Positions 1 through 14,650 are shown, numbered from the whole stretch's first letter. The stretch is 63,050 nucleotides of DNA, filler included, from Ministeria vibrans ATCC 50519 (GCA_943704425.1; 5 parts of 5 records of this genome joined end to end with filler, not necessarily neighbours in it); one strand, 5' to 3'. Notes: generated by a model not told the origin, from the letters alone. Numbers and translations are program-made.

Positions 1-7
1 GATAAAG

Positions 8-25
8 AAAAAAAAAAAAAAAAAA
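8..25 (-). terminator. Pol III oligo-T terminator of tRNA-Tyr
   Basis: T-run on the minus strand immediately 3' of the discriminator base. Confidence 0.75.
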
Positions 26-108
26 TCCGAGAACGGAGAGTCGAACTCCGGACAGCTCGATAACTTTACGTCTACAGTCGAGCACTCTGCCAACTGAGTT
101 ATTCTCGG
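26..108 (-). tRNA. tRNA-Tyr(GUA) with a 10-nt intron (62-71)
   Basis: Minus strand folds as a cloverleaf: acceptor stem CCGAGAA/TTCTCGG plus discriminator A, D-arm ACTC-AGTTGGCA-GAGT, anticodon stem CTCGA/TCGAG with GTA at 75-73, intron ACGTAAAGTT after position 37, T-arm CGGAG-TTCGACT-CTCCG. 83 nt minus the intron gives 73 nt. Confidence 0.96.
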
Positions 109-385
109 GAGGAGAAGGCGAATTTCTGCTCACAACTCACTATTAATTTCTTCTTTTTCTTATTTTGTTATATAAGGTCCGCTTGCTTAGATTGAAAAGT
201 TTCAATGAGCCATCTCAAATCTGCATTAGTGATTACTTATTTTCCAAATCATTGATCCAAACAGAATAATAAGAAAATAATAAGACCAAACTTTCCTACG
301 CCCTTAAATACTCTTATCGAAAATATCATGTTCATTGCAACTCAGACTACTATACAAAGTATTCAACATAATATAAAAAATAAAA

Positions 386-3300
386 TCAGACAAAGGAAGC
401 AGAGAGATGTTCAAGGACGTCAGTGAGATCGCGCAGGGCAAGACCCTCGGCCACAAGCGTCTGCTTGAGCTCGGCCAAACGCACCTGCAACTGCGCAAAG
501 TCAAGTCGCGCGCGCGCATCAATGTTCCAACACGACAACATAATCTCATAAAAGTCCGCATGGCATCCCTTGGGCATCTGCAGCCGATTCCCGCTCCGCA
601 GAAGCGGCACAATGTCCTTGATCTCAATCGCGCGGTACGGTCGAACCGTTCCAAAAGTAGCAATTTCTACAACAAACAAAAAAAAAAAGGCGCGAAGGCA
701 TGAGCCAAGCGATTCAGCGCCGCCGTTGCTTTCGATAGCTTACCCCATAGTGTGATGCCATACGACCACACATCCGTCTTGGTGGAGAACTTGCGGAACT
801 CAAGGGACTCCAAAGCCATCCAGCGCACAGGCAGCTTGCCGCGCGTCTTGACCTTGTAGTAGTCACCGTCCGTCATGGCACGCGACAGTCCAAAGTCGGC
901 CACCTGTCACAAAGAGGTCAGTCAATCAGAGTCACATGGGTATATTAAGTTTGCACAAATCAAATCAATCATTAGTCGTCGTATCTGCTGTACCTTGAGG
1001 GTGAAGCGGTCGCCGACAAGGACATTGCGGGCGGCGAGATCACGATGGACAAAGAACTTTGATGCGAGATAGGCCATGCCAGCGGCAATTTGCTCGCCCA
1101 TGTAGCACTGCTCGGCGGCGGACACATCGACGCCGTCGGTGGTAGCACAGCAGCGCAGAAAGTTGCGTAGGTCGCCGTTGGGACAGAACTCGATGATGAT
1201 GAGCCAGGGCTCTTGGGGCATGCACACGCCAATGAGCCCCAGCACATTTGTGTGATTGAACTGCGCTTGGATTTGTGCCTCGGAGAGAAAGTCGCGCCGT
1301 TCGTTCTCGCGTGCGTCATCCTTGAGCGTCTTGATGGCCACAAAGTAGGGCGCAACCTTACCCCCCTCGCGCGTCTCACCCTTGAGCACACGCCCAAACT
1401 CACCCTTGCCCAGATCGCCCACAAACATAATCCAGTCGCGTGGGTAGTGCTTGTGCACCAGCTGATCCACAATGGGCGCGTACAGTCCATCGTCATAGTG
1501 ACTTCGTGGCGCCACATAATCCGTCTGCGTAACCGTACCCGCATCGGGCACAGCAGCAGGCGCGTCCGTGCCCGCCTCCACATCACGATCATGCTCGGCC
1601 GCTACCGCCTGTGCCATGTACTTGCTGAATCGCTCGGCGCCCGTAGCCACAATCGAGGTGCCCGCCTGAGCACGGTACGGGTTGAATCCGTCCGCGTCGG
1701 TGGCCTTGCGCTTCTGCAGCGACTCGTAAATGCTCGAACGATCGCCACTCTTGTGCATGCGCTCGTAGCCGTCGTAGTCGTCGTCCACATCGGCAACCTC
1801 CTCGTCGTGCAGTGCCATCGTGCCCCCCCCGTACATCCCCGTGTTGGTGTACATGGCGGAGGCGCCAACCTGCGGCTGCTCTCCGCTGGCACTGATGCTT
1901 TCGACACGCTGGGCCGGTGTCGCCTGGGCGACTGCGTCGGCCACGGCAGCCGCAGCGGGACGCTTCTTGGGTCGTGGCGCGGGAACAGGACGAGGAGCAG
2001 GAATGGGACGAGGTTGGGCTCGAGGTGCAGCAGCAACAGCAGCAGGAGCACTCGGCGGTGACATGGTGGACGAGTAGATTTGTTCGCCTTGGTCGTCCGT
2101 GGCGTTGACATAGTAGTGTTGTCCAGAGGTGGCAATAGTGGGATCGTCTGTGTTGGCATAGGTAATCGATTGACTTGACGCATACAATGGCGGTGCTGGC
2201 ATGTGGGCATAGGCAGGGACCACATCGAGTGTGGACTCGTCCGAGACAAGCGACTCTTTCATGGTGTTGGCGTAGGCTGCACTGGCCGCAGCGGGTATTG
2301 TCGTGTCCGCCGGCTCGTCCTCTTGCTTCTCCTCCGTGGCCTCGTACTGCGGTACGTCGACACTGACTTCGTACAGACGAGCGAGTTCTTCGCGATTCGT
2401 TGCCTGTCCTGTATCAACGAAGGTGGTGGCAGCAGCAGCGCTTGCGGCGGCGAGTGGATTCATTGTCATGCTCTGGTCTTGGGCAAAGAAGAAGTCAGGG
2501 TCGGCACGATCGCCTCCCACCGTAGGCCCTGGCATGAGCGGCGTGGGGTGATGACGCTTTTGCTGATGTGAGAGTGACACAACAGTAGAAGAAGGAGGTG
2601 GCGGAGGCTGATGGGCCATATACGGCGGAGCAGGTGCGACAGATGTCGTGCTGGGATTGGATGCGGCCATGATGCCTGAAAGAGGATAGGCCATGCCGTC
2701 GTTATCAAGACGAATACCAATAGGTTGCATGGCCTTGAGCTCAATCTCCTCTTCGGTCTGGCTCCGATCAAAGCGAACAGCCGAGTCCGACGAAATCATC
2801 AGGCCCAGACCGCCCGGCTGGCTTCCACCGCTCTCGCTTGACATGCCGCCGAGTCCAAACAAACCGGCCGGCTGCAAATGCTTACGTTGCGAGCCACCGC
2901 GACGACGGCGCACCACTACGACAACGATGACGATAATCAAGATGATGATGCCAATGGCAGCACCCGCGACAACACCCAACGACAGGCCACCCGACGAGTT
3001 GGGAGCGGTCGAGCCGGTCCCCGTGTTGTCCACACCAGAGAAGGGGCCGGCCGTACTAAAGTGGAGCACATCGCCTGCGATGCGCGAGCCATTGACCACG
3101 GTGTTGGTGGCCACCTGCCAGGTGTCGCTGGTCGGGTCACTCACATACAGAATGCCAAGACCTTGCGCCGAGAGTGAACTTGCGTCAACGGGCACATCGA
3201 TGCGTACGGGGACAAGCCAGGTGATGGCCGGCAAGAACACAAACATTTGGCCGGCACTCGAGGCGCCCTGCGGCACACGTGACATATCAACGCAACTACC

Positions 3301-6300
3301 ACCATGACGTACTTGCACAGTGACGGCTGAGGCGGACGCACCGCCGGGTACAGTCACAAAGACATCGCCGCGCGACGTGGAGAATGTGAGGCGAGACGTC
3401 ACGCCGGGTGTGGTAGTGCGTGAGGTGGTGGAGCCTTGAGCACATGACAGTGAGGGTGTGGCGCTTGCCGCTGCGTTGTTTGCGACAGTCGTTTCGGCCA
3501 CGATGACACGGGGTGCCGTGGTGACGGCTGCGTCCACAGGAGTTGCAGTCGACTCTTTGAGAAGCACGGTTGTTTCAAGCGCGGCAGCCGTTGCAGTCGT
3601 TTCCAGCGCAGCAACACCAACGACTGTGGTCTCGGCGGCGACAGCATCGACAGCTGTGGTGGTCTCAACAGCAACAGCGCCGACGGCTGTGGTTTCAGCA
3701 GCGGCGGCGCCAACGACTGTGGTTGCACCAGCAACGGCTTCGGCAGCTGTCGTCGCAACAGCAGCAGCGCCGACAACTGTCGTCTCGGCAGCAACAGCGC
3801 CGCGGACTGTGGTTGCCGTGGTCTCCGCAGCAGCGGCGCCAATGAATGTTGTTTCAGCAGCAACAGCTTCGACGTTTGTGGTTGCAGCAGCTACAGCGCC
3901 AATGGTTGCAGTCTCAGGAACAACAGCGCCGATGACTGTCGTGCTAGCAGCAGCAGCTCCGACAACTGTGGTCTCAACAGCACCGGCCGCAGCGACTGTG
4001 GTAACACCGACAACAGCGCCAATGCCTGTAGTCACCGCAGCAACAGGGCCAATGACGGTGGTCACAGCAGCGCCAGGATCGACGACACTAGTCTCAGCAG
4101 CAACGGCGCCAACAACAGTGGTTGCAGCAGCAGCAGCTTCAACAACTGTCGTCTCATCAGCAACAGCGCCAACGACTGTCGTCTCGACAGCAGCAACTGC
4201 GCCGATGACTGTAGTTTCCGCAGCAACAGCGCCAACAACCGTGGTTTCAACAGCAGCAGCTCCGATGACTGTCGTCTCACCAGCAGCGGCGCCAACAACC
4301 GTCGTCTCAGTAGCAACAACGGCAACGACTGTTGTCTCGACAGCAACAGCGGCAACGGCTGTCGTCTCGACTGCAGCAGCACCAATGACTGTGGTCTCCG
4401 CAGCGCCAGCGCCAAAAACTGTGGATTCCACGGCAACAGCACCAATGACTGTGGTCTCCGCAGCGCCAGCACCGACGACTGATGTCTCCGCAGCAACAGC
4501 GCCAACGACTGTTGTCTCAGCAGCGCCGGCGCCAACAATGGTTGTCTCAGCAGCAACGGCGCCAACAATGGTTGTCTCAGCAGCAACGGCGCCAACAATG
4601 GTTGTCTCCGCAGCAACGGCGCCAACAATGGTTGTCTCAGCAGCGCCAGCGCCAACAACTGTCGTCTCAGCAGCGCCAGCGCCAACGGCTGTCGTCTCCA
4701 CAGCGCCAGCGCCAACAACTGTCGTTTCCGCAGCAACAGCGCCAACAACTGTTGTCTCAGCAGCAACAGCGCCAACAAGTGTCGTCTCCACAGCAACAGC
4801 GCCAACAACTGTTGTCTCAGCAGCGCCAGCGCCAACAAATGTCGTCTCAGCAGCAACAACGCCAACGACTGTCGTCTCCGCAGCGCCAGCGCCAACGACT
4901 GTTGTCTCCGCAGCAACAGCGCCAACGACTGTTGTGTCAGCAGCAACAGCGCCAACAACTGTCGTCTCTGCAGCAACAGCGCCAACGAATGTTGTCTCCG
5001 CAGCAACAGCGCCAACAACTGTTGTCTCAGCAGCGCCAGCGCCAACAACTGTCGTCTCCGCAGCAACAGCGACGACAACTGTTGTCTCAGCAGCAACAGC
5101 GCCAACAACTGTCGTTTCCGCAGCAACAGCGCCAACAACTGTTGTCTCAGCAGCGCCAGCGCCAACAACTGTTGTCTCCGCAGCAACAGCGCCAACGACT
5201 GTTGTCTCAGCAGCGCCGGCGCCAACAATGGTTGTCTCAGCAGCAACGGCGCCAACAACTGTAGTCTCAGCAGCAACAGCGCCAGCAACTGTTGTCTCAG
5301 CAGCAACAGCGCCAACAATGGTTGTCTCAGCAGCGCCAGCGCCAACAACTGTCGTCTCAGCAGCGCCAGCGCCAACGGCTGTCGTCTCCACAGCGCCAGC
5401 GCCAACAACTGTCGTTTCCGCAGCAACAGCGCCAACAACTGTTGTCTCAGCAGCAACAGCGCCAACAACTGTCGTCTCTGCAGCAACAGCGCCGACAACT
5501 GTAGTCTCAGCAGCAACAGCGCCAGCAACTGTTGTCTCAGCAGCAACAACGCCAACGACTGTCGTCTCCGCAGCAACAGCGCCAACGACTGTTGTCTCAG
5601 CAGCAACAGCGCCAACAACTGTTGTCTCAGCAGCAACAGCGCCAACAACTGTCGTCTCTGCAGCAACAGCGCCAACGACTGTTGTCTCCGCAGCAACAGC
5701 GCCAACAACTGTTGTCTCAGCAGCGCCAGCGCCAACAACTGTCGTCTCCGCAGCAACAGCGACGACAACTGTTGTCTCAGCAGCAACAGCGCCAACAACT
5801 GTCGTCCNNNNNNNNNNNNNNNNNNNNNNNNNNNNNNNNNNNNNNNNNNNNNNNNNNNNNNNNNNNNNNNNNNNNNNNNNNNNNNNNNNNNNNNNNNNNN
5901 NNNAACAGCGCCAACAACTGTTGTCTCAGCAGCGCCAGCGCCAACAACTGTCGTCTCCGCAGCAACAGCGCCAACAACTGTTGTCTCAGCAGCAACAGCG
6001 CCAACAACTGTCGTTTCCGCAGCAACAGCGCCGACAACTGTAGTCTCAGCAGCAACAGCGCCAGCAACTGTCGTCTCCGCAGCAACAGCGCCAACGACTG
6101 TTGTCTCAGCAGCGCCAGCGCCAACAACTGTCGTCTCCGCAGCAACAGCGCCAACGACTGTTGTCTCAGCAGTGCCAGCGCCAACAACTGTTGTCTCAGC
6201 AGCGCCAGCGCCGACAACTGTTGTCTCAGCAGCGCCAGCGCCAACAACTGTAGTCTCCGCAGCAACAGCGCCAACGACTGTTGTCTCAGCAGTGCCAGCG

Positions 6301-7723
6301 CCAACAACTGTTGTCTCAGCAGCGCCAGCGCCAACAACTGTCGTCTCAGCAGCGCCAGCGCCAACAACTGTTGTCTCAGCAGCGCCAGCGCCAACAACTG
6401 TTGTCTCAGCAGCAACAACGCCAACGACTGTCGTCTCCGCAGCGCCAGCGCCAACAACTGTTGTCTCCGCAGCGCCAGCGCCAACGACTGTTGTCTCCGC
6501 AGCAACAGCGCCAACAACTGTCGTCTCCGCAGCAACAGCGCCAACAACTGTTGTCTCCGCAGCGCCAGCGCCAACAACGGTCGTCTCAGCAGAGCCAGCG
6601 CCAACAACAGTCGTCTCCGCAGCAACAGCGCCAACGACTGTTGTCTCAGCAGCGCCAGCGCCAACAACTGTTGTCTCCGCAGCGCCAGCGCCAACAACTG
6701 TTGTCTCAACAGAAACAGCGCCAAAAACTGTTGTCTCAGCAGCGCCAACACCAGCAACTGTGGTAGCGGCGGCAACAGCGCCAACAACTGTCGTCTCGAC
6801 AGCAGCAGCGCCAATGACTGTGGTCTCCGCAGCAACAGCGCCGGTGATTGTTGTCTCAGCAGCAACTGCACCGATGACTGTAGTTTCCGCAGCGCCAGCG
6901 CCAACGNNNNNNNTAGCGCCAAAAACTGTTGTCTCAGCAGCGCCAACACCAGCAACTGTGGTAGCAGCGGCAACAGCGCCAGCAACTGTCGTCTCCACAT
7001 CACCAGCCGCAGCGACTGTGGTGGCAGCGACAACAGCAGCAGCGACTGTAGTTTCGGCAGCAGCAGCAGCAACTGTGCTCTCAGCAGCAGCAGCGCCAAT
7101 GAGTGTAGTCTCAGCAGCGACACCACCCGCAATAGTAGACTCAACAGCGACACTACTCACAACAGTCGTCTCAGCGGCAACAGCAGCAGCGACTGTGGTT
7201 GCAGAGGTAACATGAGCTTGGACACCAGTCTCAACGGCTCTTGTCTCGACTGCAACTGCTCCAGATACACTGGTTTCAGCCGCTCCAGCGGGAGCGACAG
7301 TTGTCTCCTCTGTCACTTGTGCACTGACGGTCGTCGCAACAGCCACTGCGTCGATTGCAGTCGTCGCGTCTGGTTCCGCAGTCGTCCAGGCAACTACAGT
7401 GCCAGTGGGTACCACCATCGCCTCTGCCGTTGTGGGCTCAGCAGCCGCGACAGCAACAGTGCTCGTTGATGCAAATACAGCGGATGTTTCAAAGGACTCG
7501 CCAGGCAACGCACTAGCAGACGCACTGAGAATGGTTGTTTCATGCGAACATGGCTGGGCCGACTCGTCGTTAAACACAAACCTCCCGCCACCCACAAATA
7601 AGACGTCCTTTCCCGCGCCGAACGTCACCGAACCAATGTCAACAATGTGATGGACCGTCACGACAAGCGGAGTGCCAATTGGCTACGCATAAAGAGGAGA
7701 TTTCCCAATAAACACTCTGCGCA

Positions 7724-7766
<43 letters not shown>

Positions 7767-8092
7767 CACCCAAACCAAAAAAAAAGCACGTTTGACTTAC
7801 CTGTTGAATGAACACATCGTCGCCAGGACACGGTTCTCTAGGGTTCCAGTTTGAAGCGGTCGAAAAGTTTCCCTGGAAGAAGGAGGAAAGTGGGATTAGC
7901 AGTGATGGGGGGACACAGGAAATGCGTTGGAGGGCACAGCGGGGACAGGAGGGGCGCACGCGACCCGGGCACGCGACGAATACGTACACTGCTGGCTGCA
8001 ATCCACGACGAGACAAGCTCGCTCCCGCGCGTGCCGTGTAAGAGCAGCAGGACAATAAGGGCAACTCCCGTGAAGTGTCTCGTCGTTAACAT
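386..8092 (-). CDS. Receptor tyrosine kinase 1: signal peptide, amnionless/G8-like N-terminal motif, very long mucin-like stalk, ZU5-like domain (HFS), TM, Tyr-rich juxtamembrane region, TK domain
   Basis: Exons read by hand: 8092-7988, 7872-7801, 7682-994 (two assembly gaps inside), 903-744, 666-386, all GT-AG and phase-compatible. Signal peptide [20 protein letters not shown]; [24 protein letters not shown] followed by RRRR; kinase motifs [38 protein letters not shown]. Confidence 0.93.
3600..7260 (-). repeat. Coding 30-bp tandem repeat ([11 protein letters not shown] decapeptide), roughly 120 units plus gap
   Basis: + strand unit gccaacaactgttgtctcagcagcaacagc; homogeneous at about 4400-6900 and degenerate at both ends; N gaps at 5808-5903 and 6907-6913. 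Confidence 0.97.
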
Positions 8093-8270
8093 TGTGTGCC
8101 CCACGCGAGCGTCCTTCGTGCAAAGACGGGGTGCGTATCGATGTCTGCCAGGAGCGGAGCGGGGGTGCCACAAGCAATTGGATAAGAGATTAGTGTTAGT
8201 TTTAGGAAATTGCGATTGAATAAACACTGTTACAACTCACACTCTTTGACAAATCACATTAATTTTTACC

Positions 8271-10157
<1,887 letters not shown>

Positions 10158-10208
10158 TCGAACCCAAGGACAAGTATGATTACAACGTCGTTTACCTTTA
10201 CTACTTTG

Positions 10209-10866
10209 TTACATTCCAATGCGCCTTTGCTTGTCCCACAGCGCCCAATGCCGCCGCACCGCACTTGGATCTGCACGCGCAACAGAGTTAGAAAAGCACA
10301 CGACGCACCCCTCCCCCCCCCCCCCCCCCCCCTCCCCGGCGGGTCTCACGACGGCGTACCGGGATTCCCTGCGCCCCAGTTGGACAGAGTGCCGTGTGTG
10401 CGCGACGCCTCAGTCGCCTCAACCAGATTTCCTGCGCCGTCGACGTGAAAGACCTTCTTCAAGGGCCGCGCAGAGAGTGTTTCCCCAGCGGGTGCTTCGG
10501 GCCTGCGCTCGCTTGCAGTGCGTCGGCCGTATTTGCGGTTGGGCGACAGCATCTGCAGGAACGCCAGATATTCACGTCCACTCTGTTTCCCACAGCAGAA
10601 GAAAAGCACCGCGTCAAAACACACCCACCCACGCCCACACACAAGCGACACGCCGGTACCTTCAGTAGGGCCGGCACGTCGCGTTCAGGAGCATTCCGGT
10701 AGCGGGAAAATTCGGATCTGCGACGGCAAAAGCAATTTCAGTGGTGCGCGACAACAGACATCCGTCAGACGCACCGTATCCGATCAAGATGACTTTTCCT
10801 GTCCCCTTTAACAAGACACGACGTTTGTCGTATCAATTGCCGGTAGAGAGAAAGTGCCTCAGCCAT
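10209..10866 (-). CDS. LYR-motif (Complex1_LYR-like) mitochondrial protein, 144 aa, four exons
   Basis: Exons 10866-10775, 10717-10660, 10582-10360 and 10270-10209 are all GT-AG and phase-consistent. Product [18 protein letters not shown]...[12 protein letters not shown]...[16 protein letters not shown]...[16 protein letters not shown]... has the LYR tripeptide and the downstream IRxEF helix. Confidence 0.85.
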
Positions 10867-11139
10867 AAGAAAAATAAAAAAAACAAACGAAAGTGATATT
10901 GATCATATTTATTCATAATCCGATTCGCCCCGAACGTTACTCGCTACTCGCTCGTCAGCCATAAGAATTATCATTTATCATTTATCAGCTGATCCAGCTT
11001 TAATTCATAATTATCCACTGGGAAGATGGCGTACCGTCGTGATTGCCTCACTGGATAAGAGTCAAGAGATCATTTTGCTTCACTTGTTCTGACTTCTGAC
11101 TGAAGTCTGAACAATAACAATCTTCTTCACGCCTTTCTC

Positions 11140-11991
11140 ATGGCGACCATTCCAATCTCTTCCACGTGGAACAATGAAGCACATATCCCCGAAGGCGAGC
11201 GCGCGTTGCTTCACCTCTCAGCGGACAAGGAGAATCTTATTGTGAAGGTAAACATAAAGCAAAACTCACTGTGTGTCACTTCAACGCCACTTCTCAGATC
11301 GAAGCACCCTACTACGACGATCCAGCACCACAATGCCCTGCAGGTTCAATGAACAAACTGTGGGATTTCGAGGTTGTTGAGCTTTTCTTGATGGGCGACG
11401 ACGATCGCTATTTGGAACTCGAATTTGGTCCGCACGGTCACTATCTCGTACGGAGACGGGGTGATCATTGATCTGGCGCCTCACCCCACGCTCTGTTGAT
11501 TTTATGTCATTGGGGTGTTTGTTTCAGGTTCTTCTTCTTCACAAGACGCGCAATCTTCTGGTTGACCAACTCCCTCTTGCCAGCTACTCCGCAACCCTCT
11601 CGGACGACAGGAAAACATGGTCAGCCAAGGTATCTGCCTCACACTCATTAAGCACATGCATATAAACACCATAATTATATACTTGCATTCACACACATGT
11701 ATATTGTACACACTCATAAAGACACACACCTGCACCACTTAGGCGCTCGTCCCTTTGACGTTGATTCCTCCCGCCGAAGCACTCTCTTTCAACGCCTACT
11801 CCATCCACAGCCAAGACCCCTCTCGTGTCTACTGTGCGACCTTCCCGGCCACCCAGGGCGAATCCCAGCCCGATTTCCATCGTCTTCACTACTTCCAATC
11901 GCTGCCAGAGCCCTTCAATTCACACTTGAAGCACCGAATTCCCTCTGCCCAACTTTGGAACCTCTCGCCACCAGGGACGGGATCCTCATAA
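11140..11991 (+). CDS. UPF0462 / C4orf33-like protein (multi-exon)
   Basis: APYYDDPAP, LWDFEVVELFL, YLELEFGPHGHYL, FNAYSIH and PDFHRLHYFQ match my recollection of this family; GT-AG introns near 11248-11298, 11448-11527 and 11629-11742. Confidence 0.85.
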
Positions 11992-12100
11992 ACTTTTCTT
12001 AATAACATGCAAATACAACACATCTTTACTTCACTAGAAAAAAATAAAACACGCCAACAAAAAACTCTCTCACAATTCTCTCAAATGACAGTCGCGATCA

Positions 12101-14235
12101 TCAGAGTGCGGCAGCGTTCTTAAGACGCTTAGCCTCTTCCTTGGCCACGCGCTTCTCCTCCATACCCTCTTGCCGCACATACTCCTTGATATGCTTGTAC
12201 ACGTATGTCTTGGTCTTCCATGGCTTTGGCGCCCTATCACACACACACACACACACACACAATAATGTCAATTCTCAATTCTTTCTTAATATTATGTGGT
12301 TGCTCAGGTCATCTTACTTTGCTTTTGCGCGCGGCTCAATGAGATTTCTCTTCTGCAGACTCTTCAAGCGTGACACAAGCAGATTTCCCTCGGGAACCAA
12401 CTCACGGAAAGACGGGCGTAAATCCTCTGTGAGCTTTACCGGAACTTCCTCGTCGACAAACTCGTGTTTGCCCAGTCGCACAGTGCCCATCCGCTCCCGC
12501 TCGACACTGCGCCGCAGACGACGCGCCGCTCGCTCGTCCACCACCTCCCCTTTGTTCTTCAGGTCCCGCACCAGTCGCGTTGCTTTAAACACCTCTTGCA
12601 AACGCAGTGTTTTTCGCTTCTTCGCCTTCGCGCGTGACATTTCTCGTCCCGCTTTACGCGCCTTTTCTCGCTGTGCGCGTGTCTTGCGTTCTCCATCGCC
12701 CTTCTTCTTCGCCCCATCAATAGCACCAGCACCACCTTCCTCCTCATCATCATCCTCATCATCATCATCATCGCTGTTACTTCCACTGCCCTCCTCTTCC
12801 TCCCTCACCGCTCCTCCTACTGAGCCAAACGGTGTCTTGCCCAGCGCGCGTGTCGTGCTCTCCGCTGCCTGTGCTGCTGCCGTCTCCAGTCGCAGCTGCA
12901 ACTTCTCTCGCTTCTCACTTGACGTCAGGCGCTTCTCAGTCGACTTGGCCCGCATTGAGTTGCCAACACTGTCCGGATCGACAGACGTGTCGTTCATCGA
13001 GCGCGTTGCAAATGCCAGCGAATGGTCCTGCGCAAACGACATGAGCTCATTGCGCTGCTCTGCCTCACGCGCAACCATGTCCAGTGTGTTGGGTCCCTTA
13101 AGCATGTCCGTAAAGTGCGTCGAGACAGTCTTCTTGCGCTGGCGGCGCTCCTCCTCCTCCACAGCGGCGCGCAGGGTCGCCTGGTGCGCCTCGTACGACG
13201 GATTGTATGAGGCCCCCGAGGGCGCCACCTCCACCGCCGCAATCCGCGACCGCTTGCGTGCCACCGACGACGGCTTTTGGTAGCCCGTGCGTGTGTGCAG
13301 CGGCTCTGCAAACTCCGTCACCAACGTCTCGTCGTCGCCATTGAGATGCTGACACTTCTTGCGCATCGCCACCGCTTCGGCAATGTCACTGTCACGGACC
13401 GCGTCCACCCGCTCAAGAACCTCGCGTGTGTCCGCCGTCCACACGTCATAGTCCACAGTGGCACCACCAGCGGGCTTGGCTGCCTCGGGGTCGCGCGGCG
13501 TCTCCTCTGCGTCGCCCTTGTTCTCGCGCCGTCTTGCCGCCTCCTCGAGCTGCTTTTTGGTGTAACGCTCGCGGTTCTTCTCGCTCTTGGGCTGCTCCTT
13601 GACGAACGGTTTCACGCGGCTCTGAGGCTCCGACAAGTAGCGGTCGTGGAATGACTGTTTGGGTTCGGGGCGACGTCGTTTCCGTTGCGGCAGTGCCTCA
13701 GCCTCAGCCTCAACTTCAACTTCAACGTCAGTCGCGTCCTTCTTCGCCTTCCTTGTCGTCGCTGTCGCCTTTGTCTTCTTCTTTGCCAACGCGGCAGGGG
13801 CACGCTTGCCCGCTTCCCCAGCGGCACGCGACGTGTCCAGCACAAAGACGGGCTCGTCGTCGGGCTGCGTGCGTTCGCGCAGACGCGCATCCTCCAGCAG
13901 CCGCTCAACCTCCTCGCCAACTGCACTCTTGCGCCATTGCGACTTCTTGCTCACACCCCCCTTGCCCCGTCGCTTCTTCTCCACAGCCACTTGTGCCTTT
14001 CGATCAGAGGTCGCCTGACCATACAACAACGGAGAGAGAGAGAGAGAGAGACAGAGAGAAAAAAAAAAAAAGCGAGAGTGAGTTGCTAAGGGAAATTTGC
14101 ATTTTCCACGTGGACAAGACGAGCGCTGCTGCAATCGCCGCGTCTTGGGCACCATCACATTGTCGATGGTGCAGCAATGGATGTGCTGCGGATGCGACAT
14201 GCGGCGTGCTTCTTTTTTTTGTGGTGTACCGGCAT
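12101..14235 (-). CDS. NOP53: Ribosome biogenesis protein NOP53 (GLTSCR2/PICT1)
   Basis: KKSQWRK, VFVLD (arch-interacting-like motif), AVEVAPSGASYNPSYEAHQ, RLGKHEF, LVPEGNLLVSRLKSLQKRNLIEPR. Start inferred from a micro-exon ATGCCG|gt at 14235-14230; last exon about 12234-12101. Confidence 0.92.
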
Positions 14236-14650
14236 TGTTGGAAATAAGTGTGAATGAAAATTGAAATCACTAAATCAGTGAATAGAGTTTCAAAATCACA
14301 ATTATTGGTGTCACCCTTTCATTCGAGCTCAATGACCGAGATGGGAATAATGAGATCACTTACTTAATACTTTATACTAAAGACATTAAGACATTAGACA
14401 CTCTTGATACTTGTTTCAATGAGTTACAATGCTCCGACGTATTAATCAATCGTCAGACTCTCCATCTCAATCAAAACTCGCGGACCAATTACAACAACTG
14501 CAGATAGTGAATACCACCTTCCCGTCTGACGTTTTGGGGGCTTCTACTCACATGTATTCTTGAAATATAAACATTGCTTTCCCTTATTTGTATTGATAAT
14601 AATAATTATTATTCCTCATGATTGATTCCCTTGCAAGCTTGTTCTGCGCC

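Noticed and set aside
3458-7469. Long plus-strand and alternate-frame ORFs (poly-Q, TTVVSAA, NNCC, poly-L)
   Set aside because: Shadows of the stop-free 30-bp repeat; only the minus AAETT frame connects signal peptide, TM and kinase.
10330-10810. Possible structured ncRNA (e.g. telomerase or RNase MRP RNA)
   Set aside because: Fully explained by the spliced LYR gene on the minus strand; no CTAACCC template seen.
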